DNA of 64,000 nt from Felis catus (Eukaryota): positions 11,036,001-11,100,000 of the forward strand of contig NC_058368.1 in NCBI RefSeq assembly GCF_018350175.1. The letters are read 5' to 3'. Shown here one piece after another: positions 24,460-36,885 of this stretch. A program made the translations under genes and the position numbers. The notes beneath the pieces are model-generated. The model ran no database searches, was not told the origin of the DNA, and saw only the letters and a program-made list of their open reading frames with translations. Position 1 is the stretch's first letter. Each line of letters begins with the position of its first letter.

Positions 24460-25667
24460 ACATACACATCTCACAAGAAATGCATACAGTTTCCTATCTT
24501 TTGTGTGCAAGAAGGAAGCTGAGAACAATGCTACCAGATGGTCCTAAAAACAACCCTGGACTCACATACCTATAGACTTTCAGCACCTAAATCCCAACCC
24601 ACATGGGAACTCTCCCTCCCCTTGTTCATTCACATCCATCAAGCTGCACTTTACCCATCTGTCTTTAAGGTGACTGTTGCGTTGAGTTTAACCTGATTCA
24701 CTTCAATGGATAGTGAAGGGAAAAGCATGCTGCTGTTAGATTTTTCACACTATGTACACATATAGAGACGACACTGCCCTGATTTTCCCCTCTCCAGGCC
24801 CTTGTTGGTTGGTCAATCTCACATGAGTGCCCTAGGCTGCCCAGTCAACAAGTATATATCTTATTTTATCAGCAGAGCTCCAGGGCTGGGTCTACCTATT
24901 TTTAACATTCCCGAGGATTAATTTCTGTCAGCTCTTGTAATTCAGTGAGTCCTAATTCTGAATCATGCTGAGGGCTGTGGGTGCAGAGCACAAGGCCTCA
25001 GGAGCCTACCTACAGCTGAAAACACTGCAATTGCTTTTTTACAGTATAACATCTGCATGGTTCTTCCAGCAGTCAGATGTCTTTTAACCTGATAAAAGCA
25101 GAACAGTGTTAGCTGGAAATGAGAACTGAATCTGTCAAACTAGTGAAGACGATTACAATCTGCCAGAAAATGCCTCACCCTGACTCCAAACCTGTCCTGG
25201 GACAACACGGCATTTATTGCATTTACCAGTGATGTTGGCATTCCTCTGGTTTTATTTTATCACTAGAAATGGCATCTTTTGAAATAAATTAAAAAACATT
25301 GTTATCATATTGAGTGTCCAAGATAACCTGGCAACAGTAGTTCTTTAAAGGCAAAAATATGGCAGGGATTGTAGTCTTTAGCTTGCCTACAAGATTTCCC
25401 AGTCCCTCATCCCCATCAGTTCCCATATTCTCTGTGGCTGACCCTGTATTTGCAAGCAAATACACTCACAGTTGTTCCGTAAACTTAGATTCCCATAAAA
25501 ATAAAACAAATCAGTAATAGAGAAAGGAGGCCAAGTTTATGTGTTTCAAATCACCCTTCTTGTTCATGTATCTTATAAAAAGAAGAAACGTTTATTCATT
25601 CATATATTCACTTACTGAAAGAAGGAATACGATGTGCTCTTTTCAAAGATCTCATAATTTATGAAAA

Positions 25668-26240
25668 TGGTTCTAAAGATTGGGGTCAGTGATCCCTTTA
25701 GACTTCAATGGGAACCTGGCTTCCTAGAAACATGAACACATCCATATAAAATTTTGAATATAAATTTTTATGATGTTGACAACCACCTATAACCCCTCTA
25801 TAGAACACATGTGATGGGGTGAATGTTTGTTTCCCTCGTCCCCAGATTCATATATTCCATCTTTACCTCCCAAAGTGAGGGTATTTGGAGATGAGGAGTT
25901 TGGGAAGTAATTAGAGTTACATTAGATCATGAGGGTGGGGCCCTCATAATGGGATTTAGTGGCTTTATACGAAAAAGAAGAACAATCTCTCTTTCCCCCT
26001 CCACCCTCCACATGCACACATGTAGAAAGACTGTATGAGGACAGAGCAAGAAGGTTGTTATCGGCGAGCTAGGAAGAGAGCCCTTACCAGGAACCAAATT
26101 GGCCAGCACCTTGACCTTGGACTCCCCAACCTCCAAAATTGTGAGCAATAAGTTTCTGTAGTTCAAGCCATGCAATGTATTGCATTTTGTTATGGAAGCC
26201 CGAGTAAGCTGATCTAGCCCAGGTTAAGGATATCCACTAG
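25668..26240. mobile_element. hAT-Charlie MITE relic interrupted by MLT1
   Basis: GGGGTCAGTGATCCCTTT...AAAATTTTGAATATAAATTT left part; CCCAGGTTAAGGA right terminus after the LTR. Confidence 0.5.
25810..26215 (+). mobile_element. MLT1A-like MaLR solo LTR
   Basis: TGTGATGG..TGAATGTTTGT start; GCCAGCACCTTGACCTTGGACT..CCAACCTCCA..TGTGAGCAATAA end. Confidence 0.85.
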
Positions 26241-27231
26241 GTTATTGCTTTTCCTTATCAATGCTATAGATTCAACCACAGAAGAACCTTAAGATTATAG
26301 GTAGATGATGGTCGCATCATCATCCTATATTTTGAAACTTCCTGAAATTTCTTATGAAAACAGGCAGAGTAAATGGTTAGCAAAACTGAAAACCCATGGA
26401 CAATATTTATTACAAAGCATCTGTGCAGCAAGAGGCAGAAGGGAGTAATGGGATATCTGACAGAATCAAGAAAAGAAAATCCCAGTATTGTACTCATCAG
26501 AAAGTGTGGCGGACCAATCTGAGACGATACACTGAAACCGGGAGGGGTTCTGCCCACTCCAACAGCTAGTAAGTGTAAGGGGTATATGGTAAAGAAGAGT
26601 AAAGGGACTGAACAGGCTCAAAACTGACCACTGACAGGCCAGAGCTCCCAAGGAGACACAGCTGAGAGGAGAATCAGATAAGCAGAGCGACAATAGATAT
26701 AAAAAGAGAGTCAGTCCAGAGAAGTGGGAGAGAGAAACAGTGCCAGAAAATATTATAAATAAAGTTGTTAATTTATGACACTTCAAGGAAAGAACGAAAG
26801 AGAGAATTTTATAAAGTTGGAAAGGCTTCCTGAACTCTATTTCCTTCTAACAATTCTAGAAAACTAGTTTCACATAAAAATGAGCATCACAGAAGTATTG
26901 GGGTCAAGTTCAATGCAAGTTTGTTGTAAGAAAACAAACAAAAAAGAATAAGAAGCAAATAACATCTGTACAGACAATGAAAGCATGCCAGAAAGACATG
27001 CCTCCAGAACAAACCCAAATTGTAACCTAATATTTCAAGACAAGCTGAAATAGTAGGATAATAATGCAAGAACAGTAAAAATAAAAATTATAAAAATTCA
27101 GAAATAGAATGACAGAACTGAAGAAGGAATTAGAAATTTTAAAAAGGCAATTTCAGAAATAAAAACTAAACTAAAAGAAATTCAAGAACAAATAAACATT
27201 AAAGGTAATGTCTAAAATTTAAGTAACTTGA

Positions 27232-27453
27232 GGGTCACCAGGATGGCTCAGTCAGATGAGCATCTGACTTCAGCTCGGGTCATGATCTCATGGTTTGTGG
27301 GTTCGAGCCTTGCATGGGGCTCACTGCTGTCAGCACAGAGCCCTCTTCAGATCCTCTGTTCCCCTCTTTCTCTGCCCCTACTCCACTTGCTTGCTTTCTC
27401 TCTCTCTCTCTCTAACAGAAACATTAAAAACAATAATAATAAAATAAAGTTTA
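27232..27453 (+). mobile_element. CAN-SINE
   Basis: TSD AAGTAACTTGA at 27221 and 27454. Confidence 0.9.
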
Positions 27454-28150
27454 AAGTAACTTGAACTCCAGAACAAAATGAAAGAGATATAAAGGAAAGT
27501 TGTGAGATCATGACAAACTTTGAAGCTAGGCAAAGAAGACACAACATAGATAATAGGAGTCTCTGGGCATAGATAGGATGGGAGGAAGTATAGTGACAGG
27601 GACAAGTGAACAGAACAAACTCTAAAGACTATAATATATGCAAACTTTCCAGAAATTAATTTTTAAAAACATTTGAAACCATATATTGAAAGAGCACACT
27701 TGGTACCTGAAAGTATAGACCAAGAATGGCCAACACTAAGAGTCTTCTAGTGAAATTACTAGACTGAAAAGAGACAGAAAAAAAATGTCTTTGGGCATCT
27801 AGACAAAAAAGAACAGATGACTTATAAGAGAATAAAAATTAGATTGCCATTAAATTTCTCCACCGCTCTGTTTTATGCCAGAAAAAAAAAATGGAGCAAT
27901 GTATTTAAAATACTCAAGGAAAAAGATGTAGCCAAGAATTTTATATCCAGCAAAACTGATTTTCAGGTGGAAACAACATAGAAAAAAATGTTACCAACAT
28001 GTAAGAGAGCAGAGAACATTGTTCTGTGGGCTCTTCCTAAAGAATCTGAGAAAAAATGAGGTTAAGATAACCAAAATGACTAGAGAGATATTGTCGTATG
28101 GTTGATTGTGAAAGTTAAATGTATAGTTTCTTATAGAACTAAGACTAAAT

Positions 28151-28333
28151 GAGCACATGGGTGGTTCAGTTGGTTGAGCATTCAACTCTTGATCTTGGCT
28201 CAGGTCATAATCCCAGGGTTGTGGGATGGAGTCCACATCAGACTCCATGCTGAGTGTGCAGCCTGCTTAAGATTCTTTCTCTCTTTCTCTCTGCCCCTCT
28301 TCCTCACTCCCACATGTGTTTCGTCTCTAAAAC
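28151..28333 (+). mobile_element. CAN-SINE (older)
   Basis: GGGTGGTTCAGTTGGTTGAGC head; GCCTGCTTAAGATTCT and CT tract. Confidence 0.85.
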
Positions 28334-28948
28334 AATGTATATATAGGAGTACCTGTAAACAATTTGGGGGAACACTGGGAAAAGCATATGGAAACACATT
28401 CTAACTGCTTTCATCCTGGGGTAATTCTACTGGTAGTACTATTCCTAGTATCAGTAGTTTATAAATAAAACAAATGAATAATTATCCTCTCGGTTGATCC
28501 TTGAGAACCAGAATTCTCGGTGTGTAAGAAAGATATATTTTTAATGTGGAAGAACTTGAGTAAAAGTCGTGTAGTACTTTTTTTTTCAATTGTAAATTTC
28601 AACATGATACTCATAAGAAATGGATCTTCTTGCGTATGTTATTTCATATATAGAGAGAGAGAATACACATCATTCTAACTCTGTCCACTGAAAATCCCTA
28701 GAAACAATAACTAACTCAGTAACAGTGAAAATACATAGCATACAGACTATGGTCTTCAAATATTTGTTCCCAAAGAAACTAGATGTGCCTGGAGCATGTT
28801 GTGATAAAAAAAAATAATTTAAAATAATTTAAAAATCAAGGAACCTATTCAAGATCAATAAATCTTCTCATAAGGACTCAGGAAGCAACTTAAGAAGCTC
28901 ACTTTGGTCAAAGATGACACAGTTCAGGCTTAAATAACAAAACTTGCT

Positions 28949-29169
28949 GGGGTGCCTGGGTGGCTCAGTCAGTTGGGCGTCCGACTTCGGCTCAGGTCAT
29001 GATCTTGCGGTCTGTGAGTTCAAGCCCCGCATCGGGCTCTGTGCTGACAGCGCAGAGCCTGGAGCCTGTTTCAGATTCTGTGTCTCCCTCTCTCTCTGAC
29101 CCTCCCCCGTTCATGCTCTGTCTCTCTCTGTCTCAAAAATAAACGTTAAAAAATTTTTTTTAAAAAAAC
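28949..29169 (+). mobile_element. Feliform CAN-SINE
   Basis: TSD AACAAAACTTGC at 28936 and 29170. Confidence 0.95.
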
Positions 29170-29200
29170 AACAAAACTTGCAATGGATTGAAATCTATTG

Positions 29201-29710
29201 TGTAATAAAAAGATTAACCTTACCCAAAAAGAGATCTGGTCTTTGTTCTCAGCTCCTTGAAGGTGATGTATAATTCTCTTGAAATGTCTTGCCTGATAAT
29301 TGTGTCTTTATTTATCTAGATGCCTTGAGCCACACAAGAGACTCTAATGTGATTTATGGCTGGGGGGTTTGGGTCATGTAGTATCAGGTCTACTTCCGGA
29401 GGGTCTGGATGCTAAGGTCAGCTTTGCAGGTCTATGTGAACAAGCCCCAGGAATAAATCCAGAGACACCAAAGCTCTGTGGAGTCATGCTCAATGCATGT
29501 TATCACATACTGACTTGTTGGGAGAAGTTAGTGCTGTCCAGGACTCTAATGAGAGAGGACATACAGCAGATCTATTCATGGAACACTTCTGAACTCTGAC
29601 TCATCTGCTTTCTCCCTTAGCTGATTTTGATCTGGATCTTTTCACAGTAATATCCCGTAACTGTGGGTATAACACAGTGAGTTCAATCTGAGTCAGGTTA
29701 TTCTTCCAGC
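29201..29710 (+). mobile_element. MER21-like LTR
   Basis: TGTAATAAAAAGATTAACCTT.ACCCAAAAAGAGATCTGG start; TTCCCTTAGCTGATTTT-like 3' region. Confidence 0.65.
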
Positions 29711-29809
29711 TACAAATTCAAGTATTTGTCTTATACACATTTCCTCTCTTTGTATAGAAGTACATCGTAAGAGACTAAGCAAATGTCTTATTGAAGCTCA
29801 CATATTTTT

Positions 29810-30150
29810 TACTTAGGCTACAACCTAAGCTGCTGTAACATGGAGACTCCAAACTTCAATGGCTGAAACAAAATGAATTTATTTCTAATCTATAATATGC
29901 AGAAGGATAGGTGGCTTTTCTTTATGAAGTCATTGAGGGACTCAGAGACCCTCCATATTGTTGTTGCCCCATTCCCCGAGTGTTGTTCTTGCTACCTGGG
30001 TGAAATTTTCTCACCACTGCTTGTTTGCAGGAAAGGGAAGGAGGAAGTAAAGGCAGCCACTGGGACGTGGGACACATCAATCCTCCTCACATCCCACTGA
30101 CCAGAAAAAAGCTAGTCACCTGGCCATGTCCAGCCACAGTGGAGTCCTAA
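29810..30150 (-). mobile_element. Old MLT1 LTR relic
   Basis: AAGCTGCTGTAACA...TCAATGGCTGAAACAAAA..TTTATTTCT; CTCACATCCCACTGACCAGAA..TAGTCAC.TGGCCA. Confidence 0.6.
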
Positions 30151-30229
30151 GTTGCCATGCTTCCATCTGTAACTCAGGGGGTACTTCTAATGAAAAAAAG
30201 ATGAGGGGAAATAGATATTAGGGGACAAT

Positions 30230-30560
30230 TGCCATTAGTCTAATACATTTCTGACCTATCAGGGTAACCTGGGGAAATCCAGAGGGTTAATCTGACATGA
30301 TTTGTTCTTCAATAATCTCTGCTGGATTCTGGTGGTCCTTACTTTCCATTAGGTGCTTATATCTAGACTTTTAATAACGTGATCTAGACCCTCACTAGAA
30401 TCCTAATCAAGCTAATCAGTCTTACTTTGCAGAAACTACATACCTCCTTCTAGTGAGGAAAATTAAATTTAAATTTGATCTTTTCCCATCTTCCTGCCAC
30501 ACTTTCACTCCTTGCGATTCTTCAAAGATTAACATCTTGGTAATTTTCTTCTAAGTCATT
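30230..30560 (-). mobile_element. CR1/L3 LINE relic
   Basis: TCTGACATGATTTGTTCTT...TGCTGG matches antisense CR1 RT (QHGF..K.SCQTN region). Confidence 0.5.
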
Positions 30561-30733
30561 CCCACTGTCATGAACTATGATTCTAAAAGCCAAAGACAGA
30601 AAAACAATAATACAGGAAAGAAATGGAACCATTTCAACTAGTCTAGTAACTAGGCAAAAATAGGCAAGAAATAAAAAGGGATTCTAAAAATTCATTTCTA
30701 AAGGAAGTTGAGCTACATTAAGAAAATGTATCA

Positions 30734-30923
30734 GGGCACCCGGGTGGCTCATTTTGGTTAAGCGGCTGACTTTGGCTCAGGTCATGATCTTACCTAAGTT
30801 GGAGCCCTGCATGAGCTCTCTGTCGTCAGCACAGAGCCAGCTTCAGATCCTGTCTCCTCTCCCTCTCTGCCCCTCCCTCTGCCTCTCTCCCTCTCTCTCA
30901 AAAATAAATAAGCATTTAATAAA
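30734..30923 (+). mobile_element. CAN-SINE (internally deleted)
   Basis: TSD AAGAAAATGTATCA on both sides. Confidence 0.9.
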
Positions 30924-33900
30924 AAGAAAATGTATCAAGTCATTTATTAAAAAGATAGAAATTATTGCAGTGTCAATCTCCTATATACATGCATCCATTG
31001 GTTTTGTTTGATTTGTTTGATTTTATTATCATTTGAAGGTAACTAGAATTACAAACATCAGCTTCTCTGAATTATCACATGAAGTCTTACAAAAGAAAAG
31101 CAAGGGCTATACTCCTAGTCTCAATTTTTGGATCTCTTCCCAGTTAAATGTCAAAACAGTAGCTTCCTTTGGGACAACGATTCTTCTTTATTCTACTGAA
31201 GAGCCTTTTGAGTGGTTTATTCTGAATAATTATCACGCTTGACTTTCCTTTCACATAATGTGAAATTTTTTATTTTCTTGTTCTCTATGGTAACAGCTAA
31301 GTTACTTCAAGCCAGTGTCTTTTTCTCTTAAATATGTATCTATTTTCCTGGAGGTGGAAGTAGAGAATCTGCAAATACACAAAGGCAGAGAAGCTGTGAG
31401 CAGTTTAGATAAACAGAAATTTGCACACTTCATCCACAGGTCACCTTCAAGGCTTCATCCACAGGTCACCTTTCGGTGACTTTTCTGAAGCCACATACCT
31501 ATGCACACACTGGGACTTTCCAGGTGCTGCTCACTCCAAACTCCCCTCGTTCTGACTAGTGGTCCTCACACATCCTTCATTGTCAACTCAAAATCCACCT
31601 TCATCATAAGCTTTCCCTAATCAGACAGAGCTAGGGAATAGTTTCCCACCATTAATTGTTTGGAGTATGCAATTGTAGCATTATGTTTGACTTAAAAAAA
31701 AAAAAAGTTCCTAATTTTCACATTTACACTACCTACAAAATTGTTCTTTTTCATCAGGTTAAGTACCTTTGTAATCATTATCTGCTCGTATCCTTCCTTT
31801 CCTCAAATTTTGCCACAGACTGATTTTCCTAGAACGGCAAGGAGGCCCAGGGCTGATTGGAAACCCCAGGATCTGGCAGACAGCTAAGCAGGGAAGGATT
31901 CTGGCTCTTCCTCTTGTCCTATCTTTGGTTGGCTTTTCACCCATAAAACAGAGCCCATAAATATCCTAAGGGGCAGTAGATTGCCATGTGACCTGGAAAG
32001 GAAGAAGGCTGTTTAAGAAGGCAGCAAAGGCTCTGGGGCAGGGTTGACTGCGGATGGCCAGGGAGACTGAACCAACAACAGTTTCCACCTTCCCAAGGAG
32101 TGGCTCATGTGTAGCCGAGTTAGGTTGGCTATTTTGCTCAAATTGTTTCTTTTTCTGAATATATTTAGAAAACTGTCATGTTCATCTGCTTTTGCTTTTA
32201 TTGGTAAAGAATACTTATTTAGGGATCTATCTGGCTGGTGCTGATGATGTTTGATAACATTCACAGTATTGCTTGTTTATTTTTATTATCTCATTTCTTC
32301 CAACCCATAATAACTCCTCCGGGAGGGACAACATCTGTTCCTGCAAAAGGAATAGTTAGTTACAGGCTTCTTGGTTTTCTCCAGGCCTTAGACTCCAGGG
32401 AGATCAGCACCCATTCTCCCCCTGACCCCATTTTTTAGGATTCCCTAGATTTTTAACACAGAAATTTATGGAAAATAGTATTGTAATGCTGAGGTGTTAA
32501 TTAGATAACAGAATACTGTGAAAGATTAAAATGAGACTAAAAGGAGGAATTGAAAAAGGAAAAGAAAAAAAAGGTAGATTTAGAAAAGATTTTGAAGACC
32601 TTTGAAACTACTAGCAAATTATCTCCTCAGTGATAAAAAAAATTCTATAATAAATATTAAAATTATTCTGCTCTCAAGTACTTAGCTTATTTACTGTTAA
32701 AATATTAATATTGTGTTCTATTAGATTGAAACTAACTTAAATTCAGGCTTCAGATTTATAGTTCAATTCACAGCTTGTTAAAATGTGGAATGTATGAATT
32801 CTCTCAGGTTCTTGCAACCGTGTCCCAAAGCTGTAGAATGTACATGCTATATAGGCCAATTAATACCCCAAATTCATAATGTATATCAGCACTATAAACA
32901 ATTAGTGTGGGGAAAAAACGATTCCCTTTTTGCCGGTAAAACAACATTGAATATTGAGCAAACATTCATTGAGGGGCTACTGGGTCCCAAGCTCTGAGGC
33001 TGGGAGGGCGGGGAAGAGGGGAGGGTAAAGAGGGAGGAGGTTGTTAAGTGTGGGGAGGGGAAGCAAGGAAATTAACAAAGCCCAGTCTCTGCTTTCAAAA
33101 GGTATTCACAAACCCGGGAGGGATGGAAGGAAAGGTGGAGAAGGAAAGTGCTGTTGATGCTGACAATCGTATGCTGACAATACAGATAGGTAGCCTCGGG
33201 TTTTCCAACTGCATGGCCACTCTTACAAATACAGAATCCGGGATTTTCCTGAGGAGCTAAGGGGATCAGCTGGCTATGTTGTTTGTTTGTTTTCTCCCCT
33301 TAGGGCCTATAATATCCCTACTTCCCAATCCAAAAGTAGATCAACTCCAAGTGTAAAAACAGGTTTCACTTGCTGCTGCTCAAACAGCTTTTTTAGCTCC
33401 AGAGTTTTTTGCGCTTCTAAGGAAGCTTCACAACTCGCAAGGCTGACAATGTCAAGAACGTGGGACTCAGCCTGGAAATGGAGTCATCCTAGATCCATCA
33501 CTTAGAATAGAAGCCGTAAAGCCTTGAGTGCATCCCCTCAACTTCTCCAGCTTCAGAGGAAAGAAAGGTACTGTACTACTCTACTATAAAGGTAGAAACA
33601 AAGGTCAGTTGATGCAACTGTTGCTCTCTATGAGGTAACCAAACTGGGTTTATACCGAGACCATTCACCAAAATCACACACTGTGGCAGGAATAGGAAAG
33701 ACAAAGAGGAATTCAGTTTTCACTTTTTCATCAGGGTGTCCGTCTTGAACTGAGCTCTAATACACGGTGAGACTTTGTCCTGTAGCAGTCTGGCTGCATT
33801 TTCTGCCACACCTCTCACACCCAGCACATCAGCCATCGGCAAACTCTGTCATGTACTCCAGCCCCTCCATGATGGTGCAAAGGTCCCTCCCTTGGTTTTA

Positions 33901-33964
33901 AGTACCCTAAATCTGGCACTTTGATTACCTCCCTGGAATAACCTTTACCACATTGTACTATATG

Positions 33965-34092
33965 ACCGCCCCCTCAGTAGACTGGGAACTCCTTGAAGGC
34001 AGAAATCATGCATTTTTAATCTTTGTACCCCTGTCAGAGTACCTGGTAAAGATGGGCATGGATTATCGGATGAATGAATGAATGAATGAATG
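33965..34092 (+). mobile_element. L2 3' end
   Basis: TAGACTGGGAACTCCTTGAAGGCAG...(GAAT)n terminus. Confidence 0.75.
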
Positions 34093-34189
34093 CATGCATG
34101 CATGCATATAAACCACAGTTTTTGCCCACTAAGAACAGAATTGTGACATACCCCAACCATGTGTTTGTGTGGGTTAACCCACAGCACTC

Positions 34190-34450
34190 TTACTCTTGAC
34201 ATATTTTGTAACAGCCTTATCCACACACAATTCACACACGTATCACAAAGTTGACTTGGTCAAATGGTACAAGTCAGTGGTATTTTAGTATACTCAGAGT
34301 TTGTGTCATCACTATCAAACTGCAGAACATTTATTTTCCCTACACTAAAGAGGATCCTACCCACTAACAGTCACTCCCCATCCCATCCCCCGCCCCCACC
34401 TCCTAGCAACCACCAGCCTATTTTCTGTCTCCACGGATTTTTCACTAATT
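34190..34450 (-). mobile_element. L1MB-like 3'UTR fragment
   Basis: TCAGTGGTATTTTAGTATACTCAGAGT...AGCAACCACCAGCCTATTTTCTGTCTC. Confidence 0.7.
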
Positions 34451-35114
34451 TCTTGTGACACAATATCCACAGCATCAAATATTAGGACGCATCGCTTCAC
34501 ATGACTGAAAAGAAAGAAAACCCAGAGCAGCTTTGATTTAGTATACAGGTACAGAATCAATCTCCTTGCTCCGTGACCTTGGACAAGTTGTCGAACTGGA
34601 TCTCGTTTCCTCGTCCCATGAAGTTTAGACGGTGTGAGAGAGCACCCTCAGGTTAAACACGAAACCAGCAAAACCAAAAAACAAATGAGCCCTCTGACTA
34701 TAATCCAATACTCTACCCTAGGTAGCCTTTCCTGGGCTTCCTTCACCAACGTCTTTCCATCATTAAGATTTCCCACCAGACCCGCTGCAGCAGTGCGAAG
34801 GGCCCTACAGAAGACGTTTCCTCTTTTCCTTCTCGGCCGTGCAGTTTTTTTCCGGGCTGGGCGAGGACGGAGAAACTGCAGAGCCCGGAGCCCCGGAGCC
34901 GAGGCTCCGCGCGCGCCGTGCCCGCAGGAAGCCTCGCCCAGCCCGGGACCCCACCCTCCCGCGGCGCCCCTGGAGGGAGCCGGCCGCCGCGCGCGCCACC
35001 AGCGCGGGAGGGGCGAGGCGCGCGGGGGCGGAGCCAGCGACTTGCTCAGCCAATCCCGGCGGCGGCGCGTCCCGGGGGTCCGCGGCTCGCCGAGCGCGCA
35101 GGGGGCGGGGCTCC

Positions 35115-35330
35115 GCTTGACAGTGGCGGTCGCCGGGCAGCGGAGTCGGGAGCCGCGCGCGGAGCGCAGCGCGGGGAGCGCGAGCGGCTCGGGCGGCGGT
35201 GGCGGCGGTGGCCGGTCCCCGCCGGATCCGGCTGTGGGCGCCGCGAAGTAGCCCTCCGCAGCGGCGGCGGCGGCGTGCGGGCGATGCTGCTGGTCTCTCC
35301 GGGCGCCGGTGTCCTGGCCTCTTCCTAAAG
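35115..35330 (+). other. Probable first (5'UTR) exon; start approximate
   Basis: Lies just downstream of the CCAAT/GC boxes, has GGC-rich leader sequence, and ends at AAG|GTACCC (35330/35331), followed by G-run-rich intron-like sequence. TSS is inferred. Confidence 0.6.
35284..35328 (+). CDS. Candidate upstream ORF, MLLVSPGAGVLASS*
   Basis: Only ATG in the putative exon (gggcgATGc, purine at -3); stop TAA lies 2 nt before the donor. Translation is not demonstrated. Confidence 0.4.
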   Translation: MLLVSPGAGVLASS

Positions 35331-36689
35331 GTACCCAGCCCCGCTCGCCCCCTCGCCCAGGGCACCGCAGCGCCCGGCAAGTGGCTTTGTGAAGCTCGAA
35401 GCTCCCCGGACCGAGGGGTGGGCTGGGAGCGGGGTGGGTGGGGCAGGGCGGGGCTGCGCGGTCCGGGCCGCTTTCCCCGTGAGGAAGAGGGTGGGGGCAG
35501 AGGGAAGCGGGGTTGGCGGGTGGGGTGGGGTGGGGTGGGGAGGAGGGCTGTCTCCCGGCAGCAGCTGGCTGCATCCCCATCGTCCATCCTCCTCCCGTCT
35601 CCATGTGCTTCGGAAAGAGGTTTTGTGCCAGGAGAAAGTTGGAGGCTGAGACTTGAGGAGCCAGACTCTGCGGCCCCTGAGGCCCGCACCCTTAAAGAGC
35701 GTGGGAGCACCCTGTTGGGAAGGTCTGGGTTCTGAACAGGGCCATGCAGGAACCCATGCCCCTTTCCGACCCTAGCAGCATTCCTGACGCAGGCCCTTGC
35801 TTGAGGAAATTCCTCTGTGGGAATCCCCCGTGGGGAGGGGCATTCGGGTACAGAGCATCCACAACTCACACGTTATTATCGCTTGAAAACAGTACTCTCT
35901 CCCCTAGAACGTTCTCTCCCCTAGAACGGGCGCCACCAGCATCTATGCTGTAAGAGCATCAAACATTGAAGTCGGACCTCGAATTAAAGACCCCTAAACA
36001 CCCATGTGTCCAAGGTGCCAATGATTACCTCTGTCAAATCTTGACTAGTTTCTTACTGCCATATGCTTCCAATCAGCTTTCCCTGAGAGCTGGGCGGGTG
36101 CTGTGGAGCACAGGAAAGGGAGGAGAAGTTACAGCCCGGCTGTTAGGGTGGGAGGTGGCAGCAAAGAATACCGAACACGTGTACCCACTTGAAGATAGGA
36201 GAAAGTTTCAACCTTCGAAATAAAGTGGGTTAGGTGGGGATTATTTGCTTTACAAAACTTCCTCTCATGCAGAGAAACGATTAGAGTTAGAACTGAGTTT
36301 TACACAAGATTGTGGCAACAGGCCTATCATCAAGTGGCTCAGAGTCGATAGAGGGGGTAATCAGGCCGATACCACGTTGACTTGAAATTAGCAGATCTCA
36401 GCAAATATATGCAGATTCTGTTTAATTCTGATTAACCTTTCTGATCATATTGGTGGATTACCAGGCTTACTTTATTCATTTCTAACCAAGACATATTCAC
36501 ACCAAAAGACAACTTCATAATACCATTTTGTGCCCTAAAGACACCCTTAGCTAAGGATATGGACATCCTCTTCTGGTTCATATGATTTATCCCCTACACC
36601 GGTAACATAACTTCTCTAAGTACGTTTACATCATAAAGAGAAGGAAACTTCCTTAGTGGTGACACTACAGTATCCAAATAAATACTGAG

Positions 36690-36885
36690 CACACATACTA
36701 AGTGTTTTTGCCTATACAGTTACTTTAAATCTCACAGGCACCCTGATGAGATATTATTACCCTGTTTCAGAGACTAAGGAGATTATGTAAAGTTGCCCAA
36801 GATTATGTGGGAAGTAAGTGATAGAGGTGGGATTTGAACCCAGATCTGTTTGATTCCTTACCCGTGCTCTTTACCACTACCCTAT
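36690..36885 (-). mobile_element. MIR
   Basis: TTGCCCAAG...GGGATTTGAACCCAGATCTGTTTGATTCC...GTGCTCTTTACCACTAC. Confidence 0.8.

Larger units (their letters stand above)
26500..28900 (+). mobile_element. HAL1 / ORF1-only ancient L1 relic
   Basis: A-rich coiled-coil-like stretch and AGAATTTTATATCCAGCAAAACTG (RILYPAKL, ORF1p C-terminal motif) at ~27935, with no ORF2 following. Boundaries approximate. Confidence 0.65.
34790..35720. promoter_or_regulatory. CpG island / TATA-less promoter of an unidentified + strand gene
   Basis: Abrupt switch to very GC- and CpG-rich sequence in a CpG-depleted window. GC boxes GGGGCGGAGC (~35025) and GGGGCGGGGC (~35102) flank AGCCAATC (~35048-35055). Confidence 0.9.

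Noticed and set aside
35115..35330. Assigning a gene symbol to the CpG-island gene
   Set aside because: No recognisable coding exon in the window and I do not reliably recognise the leader; needs BLAST.
34634..35869. Long ORFs of 205, 318, 354, 136 and 178 aa on both strands
   Set aside because: They overlap the CpG island in several frames, are low-complexity Arg/Pro/Ala/Gly with no recognisable domain, and reflect stop-codon scarcity in GC-rich DNA.
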